NCBI GenBank assembly: GCA_003645615.1
Contig: QNBE01000022.1
Span: forward strand, 1 to 22,936
Source of the DNA: a candidate division WOR-3 bacterium
Lineage (GTDB): Bacteria; Hydrothermota; Tepidihabitantia; B36-G15
Direction: 5' to 3'
Length of the DNA: 22,936 bases
Below, one piece after another: positions 17,181 through 22,936 of this stretch (within the stretch, counting starts at the first letter, position 1; each line of letters starts with the position of its first letter). The notes beneath the pieces are model-generated. The model was not told the DNA's origin and did not search any database. It saw only the letters and a program-made list of their open reading frames with translations. The position numbers and the translations under genes are program-made.

Positions 17181-17191
17181 ATTTTATCGAT
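17181..17191. promoter_or_regulatory. Copy B of the conserved 11-mer ATTTTATCGAT, about 36 bp upstream of the pil-operon -35 (near -75 from the predicted start)
   Basis: This is the same exact 11-mer as copies A and C. It sits immediately upstream of an A9 tract and the promoter. Confidence 0.4.
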
Positions 17192-17226
17192 AGAAATTGA
17201 ACTTAAAAAAAAATTATAATTATTAC

Positions 17227-17254
17227 TTGACAAATTTAGGTAATTATGTAAAAT
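17227..17254 (+). promoter_or_regulatory. Sigma70-type promoter of the HTH-pilMNOPQ operon: -35 TTGACA (17227-17232), 16-nt spacer, -10 TAAAAT (17249-17254). The A/T-rich UP-like region, including the A9 tract at 17205-17213, lies upstream.
   Basis: The -35 is a perfect consensus and the -10 matches 5/6. The predicted start is near 17261, about 15 nt before ATG 17276, with GAGGTG as the RBS. Confidence 0.6.
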
Positions 17255-17275
17255 TGTGCATCATTGAGGTGTGCG

Positions 17276-17461
17276 ATGCCATTGTCACCGAGAGAGATTG
17301 ATCCGGAGAAGCTTTACACTACCGAGGAGACATCGGAATTGCTCCGCCTCGGTCCACAGACAATTCGGAAGAAGCTCCGGGAGGGGAGCATCCATGGTAA
17401 GAAAGTGGGGAGGAGGTGGTTGATCAAGGGTAAAGAGATTCGGAGGTATATCGGCGAATGA
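17276..17461 (+). CDS. Small helix-turn-helix DNA-binding protein, excisionase/MerR-like HTH_17 family
   Basis: This 61-aa protein reads 'LYTTEETSELLRLGPQTIRKKLREGSIHGKKVGRRWLIKGKEIRRYI', which fits the excisionase-family HTH pattern (helix-turn-helix followed by a wing with 'GRRW.I..EL..Y'). The ATG at 17276 with a GAGGTG RBS is preferred over the TTG at 17264. Its stop lies 13 nt before pilM. Confidence 0.6.
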   Translation: MPLSPREIDPEKLYTTEETSELLRLGPQTIRKKLREGSIHGKKVGRRWLIKGKEIRRYIGE

Positions 17462-17474
17462 AGCGGGGTGTGTG

Positions 17475-18515
17475 ATGTTCTTCAAAAAGAAAAGGGCAAT
17501 CGGACTGGATATCGGATCCAGTCTGGTTAAGATGGTCGAACTTTCTCCGGGCAAATCACCGAATCTGGTCAACTATGGGGTTGCCCGGATTCTTCCCGAC
17601 GCAATTGTGGACGGCGAAATCATGGATCGAGAGGTTGTGCTCGATTCTATCCGTGATCTCATCCAGTCAAGGTCGTTCTCAACCAAGAATGTCATCTTTG
17701 GCGTTTCTGGACATGGGGTAATTATCAAGCGGTTAGTGATGGATCGGATGTCAGAACGGGAGACCTCGGATCAGATCCGCTGGGAAGCGGAACAGCATAT
17801 CCCATTCGATATCGATGAGGTTTCGATCGATTACGAGATCGTCAATCCCGAGTTTGGTGAGAATCAGCAGGAGGTTCTGTTGGTGGCGGCGAAGAAGGAG
17901 TTTATCAACTCCTGGACCGCACTCCTTTCCGAGGTTGGCCTCAATACCGTTGCGGTTGATGCGACTGCGATTGCGCTTCAGAATGTCTTTGAATATAGCT
18001 ACCAGCCTTCGGAGACTGCTACGGTTGCTCTCATCCATATGGGTATGGCGACCACAGTTATTAATGTAGTGAGAGGGGGAGTTTCGCTACTTGCTCGTGA
18101 TATCTTCTTCGGTCTCAATAACTTCATCACACGACTCCAGCGGGAGCTCGGTCTAAACTATGAGGATTCGGTTGCGGCAATGAAAGGTGCCCTCCCCTCT
18201 GGTACTACCAAGGAGAGCGTCGGGACCGTCTTTAATTCCTTCGCTGATGAGATTATCGGTCAGGTGGAAAGGAGCATCCACTTCCTCTCATCGGTAGGGG
18301 GTGAGCAGAAGATCGACAAGCTCTACCTGAGTGGGGGTGGCTCTTTGGTCTTCAACATGACCGAACTTTTCCAGAGGAGATTTGACCTTCCCACCGAAAG
18401 ACTGAGACCGCTTACTGGTTTCGAATACGATCCTGCGATCTTCGGTGGTGAAGATGTGGATGAGGTTGGTGCCTTACTGGCCCCAGCACTCGGTTACGCC
18501 CTCAGGGGGGAGTGA
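17475..18515 (+). CDS. pilM: Type IV pilus assembly protein PilM (actin-like ATPase fold)
   Basis: 'IGLDIGSSLVKMVEL', a length of about 346 aa, and its position ahead of pilN/O/P/Q all fit the PilM/FtsA-like family. Confidence 0.85.
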   Translation: MFFKKKRAIGLDIGSSLVKMVELSPGKSPNLVNYGVARILPDAIVDGEIMDREVVLDSIRDLIQSRSFSTKNVIFGVSGHGVIIKRLVMDRMSERETSDQIRWEAEQHIPFDIDEVSIDYEIVNPEFGENQQEVLLVAAKKEFINSWTALLSEVGLNTVAVDATAIALQNVFEYSYQPSETATVALIHMGMATTVINVVRGGVSLLARDIFFGLNNFITRLQRELGLNYEDSVAAMKGALPSGTTKESVGTVFNSFADEIIGQVERSIHFLSSVGGEQKIDKLYLSGGGSLVFNMTELFQRRFDLPTERLRPLTGFEYDPAIFGGEDVDEVGALLAPALGYALRGE

Positions 18516-18516
18516 G

Positions 18517-19095
18517 ATGATCAAAATCGATCTACTTAAGAAGGAAAGGCGGCCCAAGGCCCCACCTCGCCGGGTAGGGGTGCCAACGGTTGGTCTCCCA
18601 CCGATTCAGGGTATCATTGTTCTGGTCGCGATTGTCGTGATTGTGGCGATTATACTTGGTGCGCTCTATATCGGACAGAAGAATCGGATCTCTAATCTCA
18701 ATCGAGAGATTGTTTCGCTCCAGAACAAGCTCGATACCCTAAGGGTCTATGTTGATGAGGTTGCCAAGATCGAGGCCAAGGAGCGGGAAATCGAGATGCG
18801 GATTCGTCCGATTCGGGAACTCAATCGGGATCGTTTCTTTATCGTCCATATCATGGATGATATCTCCACCGCGCTCCCTCAGTTTACCTGGCTCACTTCA
18901 TTAGACCTCAGCGAGACCAGCCTGAAGCTGGTAGGGCAGTCGGTTTCCAATCTCCTGATTGCCGAATTTATGGAGAATCTGGAGAAGTCGCCCTATATCT
19001 CTAATGTCGATCTGGAGGTTCTTGAGAAGAAGGAAGTTGAGAAGCAGGAAGTGATGGAGTTCAAGCTTACCGCAGCTTGCATCAAAAAAGGATAG
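18517..19095 (+). CDS. pilN: Type IV pilus assembly protein PilN
   Basis: The ATG lies 1 nt after the pilM stop, behind a GGGGGGAG RBS. 'MIKIDLLKKE' is followed by a single TM helix and a coiled-coil, which is PilN topology. Confidence 0.8.
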   Translation: MIKIDLLKKERRPKAPPRRVGVPTVGLPPIQGIIVLVAIVVIVAIILGALYIGQKNRISNLNREIVSLQNKLDTLRVYVDEVAKIEAKEREIEMRIRPIRELNRDRFFIVHIMDDISTALPQFTWLTSLDLSETSLKLVGQSVSNLLIAEFMENLEKSPYISNVDLEVLEKKEVEKQEVMEFKLTAACIKKG

Positions 19096-19104
19096 GGGGT
19101 TAGG

Positions 19105-19701
19105 ATGGCCATCGATGCCAAAAGTCCGGCATTTCAAAGGTTTCTGGTTGTGGTGATAATAGTCGCTGTAGCAATCTTCCTCTTCTTTAAATTCGTCTAT
19201 GCCAAAAATCAGAAGACGATCCAGACCCTGGAACAGAAGCGAGCCGAGCTTGCCGAAAAGGTGAAGAAGGCGGAGGAGGCCAAAGCGAAGCTACCAGAGC
19301 TTGAGGCGAGATATCAACTCAGGCTTAAACAGTGGGAGATCGCCCAGACTATGCTTCCAACCGAGAAAGAAATTCCCAATCTGATTAATATCATCACCAA
19401 CTCGGGGATCAAATCTGGGGTTCTGATCTCTTATTTCAAACCGAGCCATCCCCAGCCCAGAGGTGACTATGCCGAGATCCAGCTCAAGCTTAAAGCGACG
19501 GCTGGATACCATAATCTCGGAAAGTTTTTGGCCTACATCGGCAACCTCCCCCGGATTATCAAGATTTCTTCGGCCAAGCTTGAGGCGGATAAGGATAAGA
19601 AGAAGGTGAAAGGGGCATTCGGAGCCGTAACCTATACCATGGCTGGGAGACAGGTGATGACCAAAAAGCCCAAACCAAGAAGGGGAAGGAGGTACAGATG
19701 A
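19105..19701 (+). CDS. pilO: Type IV pilus assembly protein PilO
   Basis: An N-terminal TM helix is followed by a long coiled-coil ('KRAELAEKVKKAEEAKAKLPELEARYQ') and a C-terminal alpha/beta domain. Gene order also supports the call. Confidence 0.75.
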   Translation: MAIDAKSPAFQRFLVVVIIVAVAIFLFFKFVYAKNQKTIQTLEQKRAELAEKVKKAEEAKAKLPELEARYQLRLKQWEIAQTMLPTEKEIPNLINIITNSGIKSGVLISYFKPSHPQPRGDYAEIQLKLKATAGYHNLGKFLAYIGNLPRIIKISSAKLEADKDKKKVKGAFGAVTYTMAGRQVMTKKPKPRRGRRYR

Positions 19702-20078
19702 GAGGCATGGTGCTGATGCTGATTTTTGCCGCCATACTCTTGGCGCAAGTTCCTCCCGACTCCATCTTTCCGGTTGAACACTTCCAGTATCAGACCAAAG
19801 GAAGAAGGGATCCATTTATCCCCCTGATTGCCGGGGAAGGGAAGACGAGGGGTAGGCTCAACATCGACAATCTCACCCTGATCGGGATAATCTCCGGTGA
19901 TCGGGGGCGTATCGCTCTGGTTAAGGATGGTCTCAACAAGGGCCATATCCTGAGGAAGGGCGATAAAGTTGCCGGCGGATGGGTGAGTGAGATCACCTCC
20001 AACTCGGTAATCTTCGCCATCGAACACGCCGGCATCGTCTCGAGATTCGAGATCGAACTTGAGAAGAAGGAGAGGTGA
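19698..20078 (+). CDS. pilP: PilP-like pilus assembly protein
   Basis: It has an ATGA overlap with pilO, a signal peptide and the conserved 'RRDPFIPL' motif of the PilP/GspC N-terminus. It is small, at 126 aa, and sits between pilO and pilQ. Confidence 0.6.
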   Translation: MRGMVLMLIFAAILLAQVPPDSIFPVEHFQYQTKGRRDPFIPLIAGEGKTRGRLNIDNLTLIGIISGDRGRIALVKDGLNKGHILRKGDKVAGGWVSEITSNSVIFAIEHAGIVSRFEIELEKKER

Positions 20079-20081
20079 GTT

Positions 20082-21686
20082 ATGAAGAGATCGTTTTGCT
20101 TACTTTGTCTGGCTACCATCGTTTATGGAGCGGTAATCACCGATATCGAGATCAGACCCAAGGACTCTAATACTCAGTTGACCTTCCTTTCCGATGCCCC
20201 CCTTGCTCCGAGTATCTATACCCTGAAGAACCCGGACCGACTCGTTGTTGAGTTTACCGGCGTTGTCTGGACGCTTCCCGGATACACCTTCCCGGACATC
20301 AACCTGGGTGGGATCAACCGGATATCTGCCACCACCTTTACCAAACGTCCCGACTTCCTGAGGGTAATAGTTGAGATGGCCGGTCCTTACTCCTATCTCA
20401 CCGGCATCGAGGGCAACAACTTCGTCCTCACACTCCTAACCGGGACAACAACCCCATTCGAGGTGTGGCGAGCATCCCGTGCCAAGACTGCACCCGCGGT
20501 GGTGGAAGAGGCGCCTCCATCACCACCGGTTAAGCGGAGAGTCACCCCCCGGCGCGGGCTTATCTCCCTCGATCTGGAAAATGCCGACATCCTGACGGTC
20601 CTTCGGGCTTTGGCCGATTATGCCGGGGTCAACATCGTCGCGGGAAAGGATGTCAAAGGCAATGTTACCGTCCGGCTCCACAACGTTCCCTGGAAGAAGG
20701 CATTGGAGGTGATCCTAAAGGCTACCGACCTCTCCTATCGGGAAGATAGGGATGTGATTAGAGTTGACTACGCTAAGAACTTGGAGAAGCAGGATTTGGA
20801 TCTTCCCGTAGCCTCTGTAGTCTATCGTCTCCAATTCGCAGATGCCAAGGAAACCGAAGAGCAGATCAGACAGATCCTCTCCAGCAAGGGGAAGGTGAAG
20901 ACCGATGTGAGGAGTAACTCCGTCGTTGTCACCGATGTCGCTCCAATTCAGGAGAAGGTTAAGGCGCTGATCAAGAAGCTCGATGTCGAACCTCAGCAGG
21001 TCGAGATCGCAGTTCGAGTAATCGACATCGACCATTCCAAAACCAACGAACTCGGCATCGACTGGACCCTGAAGGGCTTAGAGACGAGGATCTTGAGAGG
21101 TGAGATCACCAGCAATGTCGCCCCTTCGATTGTTGGATTCGGCCGGGTCAACATCGGTCGTGTCGACGCGCTTGCCAATCTGGATGCCAACCTTAGAATA
21201 CTGGAGTCCCAGGGGCTCACAAAGACCTTGGCCAATCCCAGGATTGTCGCCCTCAACAACCGGGAGGCCAAGATTCTTGGGGGTAAGAGATTCTCGGTTA
21301 CAGTTCTGGATGAGCGGGGGAACCCAGTAACCCGTTTCTATGAGGCTGGAACCAAGCTCGAGGTAACTCCCACAATCAACTCCTTAGAAGAGATCACCAT
21401 GCATATTAAGGCTGAGGTGAGTGAGGTCGACGAGGCATCTGTCGCTGCTGGTAAGCCGATCATCACCACATCAGAGGCCGAGACCAAGGTCCAGGTGAAG
21501 AATGGCGGCACGGTTGTCCTCGGTGGATTCATTTCGCGAAAAGAAGAAAAGACCGTGAAAGGAATTCCCATTCTTCGCAGCATCCCTATTATTGGTGCCC
21601 TCTTCCGGGAGTCGGTGAAGACCTACAAGGATCGAGAACTCCTCATCTTCATTACACCCACAATCGTAAAGGAGGTCTCCGGCTAA
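20082..21686 (+). CDS. pilQ: Type IV pilus secretin PilQ with an N-terminal AMIN domain
   Basis: A signal peptide is followed by an AMIN-like 'ITDIEIRPKDSNTQLTFLSDAPL...LVVEF', a Pro-rich linker, and N0/N1 domains. The C-terminus, 'GGKRF...GIPILRSIPIIGALFRESVKTYKDRELLIFITPTIV', carries the secretin signature. Confidence 0.85.
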   Translation: MKRSFCLLCLATIVYGAVITDIEIRPKDSNTQLTFLSDAPLAPSIYTLKNPDRLVVEFTGVVWTLPGYTFPDINLGGINRISATTFTKRPDFLRVIVEMAGPYSYLTGIEGNNFVLTLLTGTTTPFEVWRASRAKTAPAVVEEAPPSPPVKRRVTPRRGLISLDLENADILTVLRALADYAGVNIVAGKDVKGNVTVRLHNVPWKKALEVILKATDLSYREDRDVIRVDYAKNLEKQDLDLPVASVVYRLQFADAKETEEQIRQILSSKGKVKTDVRSNSVVVTDVAPIQEKVKALIKKLDVEPQQVEIAVRVIDIDHSKTNELGIDWTLKGLETRILRGEITSNVAPSIVGFGRVNIGRVDALANLDANLRILESQGLTKTLANPRIVALNNREAKILGGKRFSVTVLDERGNPVTRFYEAGTKLEVTPTINSLEEITMHIKAEVSEVDEASVAAGKPIITTSEAETKVQVKNGGTVVLGGFISRKEEKTVKGIPILRSIPIIGALFRESVKTYKDRELLIFITPTIVKEVSG

Positions 21687-21694
21687 GCCTCTCT

Positions 21695-22222
21695 TTGAGA
21701 ATACTTGCCGGAAGCCTAAAGGGGCAGAAGATCTTAATTCCCAAGGGGATCAGGGTCACCAGGCCTTTGGTGCGGAAGGTTATGTTCGATATCCTACCAG
21801 ATCTTACTGGTTGCTTATTTCTGGATATCTGTGCTGGATCGGGATCGGTTGGACTTGAGGCGATATCTCGGGGTGCACAGAGGGTCTGGTTTGTTGAGAA
21901 GAATCCAAGGGTGGCCCGGGTGTTGAGGTCAAACATTCAGAGGCTCGAGATCGGGGAGAGGGTAAGGGTGGTGATCGGTGATGCGGTTAAGGTGCTTAAG
22001 ACCTTAAAATCAGATTTCGATATCGTGCACCTTGATCCACCCTATCGGTCGAGACTCCTATCGACCCTGCTCCCAGAGATCGCAAGGCTCAATCTGCTCC
22101 GAACCGATGGGATTGTTGTTGTTGAATCGTCACGACGCACTACCTTCTCCTCTGCACCGTTTCAGGTGGAGAAGAGGAGGATTATCGGAGAAACCGTGCT
22201 GAGCTTTCTAAGCCGATCATGA
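21695..22222 (+). CDS. rsmD: 16S rRNA (guanine966-N2)-methyltransferase
   Basis: 'RILAGSLKGQKILIPKGIRVTRPLVRKVMFDIL', 'LDICAGSGSVGLEAISRGA' and 'DPPY' are RsmD signatures. The TTG start lies 8 nt after the pilQ stop. Confidence 0.8.
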   Translation: MRILAGSLKGQKILIPKGIRVTRPLVRKVMFDILPDLTGCLFLDICAGSGSVGLEAISRGAQRVWFVEKNPRVARVLRSNIQRLEIGERVRVVIGDAVKVLKTLKSDFDIVHLDPPYRSRLLSTLLPEIARLNLLRTDGIVVVESSRRTTFSSAPFQVEKRRIIGETVLSFLSRS

Positions 22223-22722
22223 AGCGGGCGATCTACCCAGGGACATTTGATCCCATAACCCTCGGCCATGTTGATGTAGTCCAGAGAGGGCTTAAGATCT
22301 TCGACGAGATCTATGTTGCCGTTGCCTCCGGTAAGAGTAAAACGACCCTATTCACCCATCCGGAACGGATCCTCCTGGCCAAAAAGACCTTTTCATCCAA
22401 TCGAAATGTCAAGGTGATCGGGTTCGATGGGCTCTTGGTCAATCTCTTTAGCCGAATCGATGCCTGTGCGGTAATCCGTGGGATCAGGGCGGTCTCCGAC
22501 TTCGACTATGAATTTCAGATGGTGTTAGTCAATCGCCGATTGAATCCGGCCGTGGAAACGGTCTTTCTGCCCCCCTCAGAAAACTACTTCTATATCTCAT
22601 CCTCATTGGTCAAAAATATTGGCCTTAATCGAGGGGATGTGAAGATGTTCGTTCCAAAAGAGGTTTATGAGATTATAATGGAGAAATTTAAAGATATCCT
22701 TATTGATGAAGCTCAGGTTTAA
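22219..22722 (+). CDS. coaD: Phosphopantetheine adenylyltransferase
   Basis: '[21 protein letters not shown]' is the canonical CoaD N-terminus with the T/HxGH motif. It has an ATGA overlap with rsmD. The conserved rsmD-coaD pairing supports the call. Confidence 0.9.
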   Translation: MKRAIYPGTFDPITLGHVDVVQRGLKIFDEIYVAVASGKSKTTLFTHPERILLAKKTFSSNRNVKVIGFDGLLVNLFSRIDACAVIRGIRAVSDFDYEFQMVLVNRRLNPAVETVFLPPSENYFYISSSLVKNIGLNRGDVKMFVPKEVYEIIMEKFKDILIDEAQV

Positions 22723-22936
22723 GATCCGGGCTGGTAAGGGAGGGGATGGTTGTGTCAGTTTTCGTCATCTCCGTCGCAGACCAAAAGGTGGGCCAGATGG
22801 CGGTGATGGGGGTGACGGTGGCGATGTGATCCTGCTCGGGGACCGATCGGTCGATGGTCTCCATCACCTGAGTGGGAGACTGGTATATAAGGCGGGGGAC
22901 GGGCAGCCGGGAGGAGGTAACGGCAGACGGGGGCGG
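22706..22936 (+). CDS. obg: GTPase Obg, N-terminal fragment; the 3' end lies outside the window
   Basis: The frame-2 ORF starts at ATG 22706 and overlaps the coaD 3' end by 17 nt. '[55 protein letters not shown]...[16 protein letters not shown]' matches the Gly-rich Obg fold. It is absent from the ORF table because no stop occurs within the window. Confidence 0.8.
   Translation, partial: MKLRFKIRAGKGGDGCVSFRHLRRRPKGGPDGGDGGDGGDVILLGDRSVDGLHHLSGRLVYKAGDGQPGGGNGRRGR

Noticed and set aside
17264-17275. TTG start giving 'MRCAM...' for the HTH gene
   Set aside because: The ATG at 17276 has a correctly spaced GAGGTG RBS, and the predicted transcription start at about 17261 would leave no leader for the TTG.
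1-22936. Scan for a CRISPR array, IS element or integron
   Set aside because: No regularly spaced direct repeats, no transposase/integrase ORFs and no terminal inverted repeats were found. The excisionase-family HTH at 17276 lacks any mobile-element context.

Overview
This window is a compact bacterial chromosomal segment of about 52% GC in which nearly every gene junction overlaps by 4-11 nt, apparently from a genome that combines a type IV pilus with type IX secretion (T9SS) C-terminal sorting domains. That combination suggests an FCB-superphylum, Bacteroidota-like, possibly uncultivated lineage. Gene content, left to right:
- A CCA/poly(A)-polymerase family gene tail.
- putP, overlapping a DUF362/2x[4Fe-4S] protein gene.
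- A near-consensus sigma70 promoter driving a small membrane protein, scpA and a predicted beta-barrel outer membrane protein (OMP).
- A convergent DUF2723 (TMEM260-like GT-C glycosyltransferase) gene.
- A long minus-strand array of translationally coupled genes running from a stomatin (SPFH) gene to the DUF2723 gene. The genes after stomatin are a GGDEF diguanylate cyclase, a His-type Thi4 thiazole synthase, an M55 DppA peptidase, a PtsN-like EIIA whose phospho-acceptor His is replaced by Arg, a VanZ-like gene and hisS.
- Two tandem large secreted proteins, one with BNR/Asp-box repeats and one with FG-GAP repeats, both carrying T9SS C-terminal domains.
- An unusually long (about 0.8 kb) non-coding region with divergent near-consensus promoters.
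- An operon of an excisionase-family helix-turn-helix (HTH) gene followed by pilM-N-O-P-Q.
- rsmD, coaD and the 5' end of obg.
No rRNA, tRNA, CRISPR array or mobile element was found. The most system-like signal is an exact 11-mer, ATTTTATCGAT, sitting on a TTATCGATAA palindrome. It occurs about 75-90 bp upstream of the divergent T9SS-cargo and pilus promoters, and again overlapping the -10 of the stomatin-GGDEF promoter, with a 10/11 copy at the scpA-operon promoter. This suggests a shared, undescribed regulatory link between adhesin secretion, pili and c-di-GMP synthesis.
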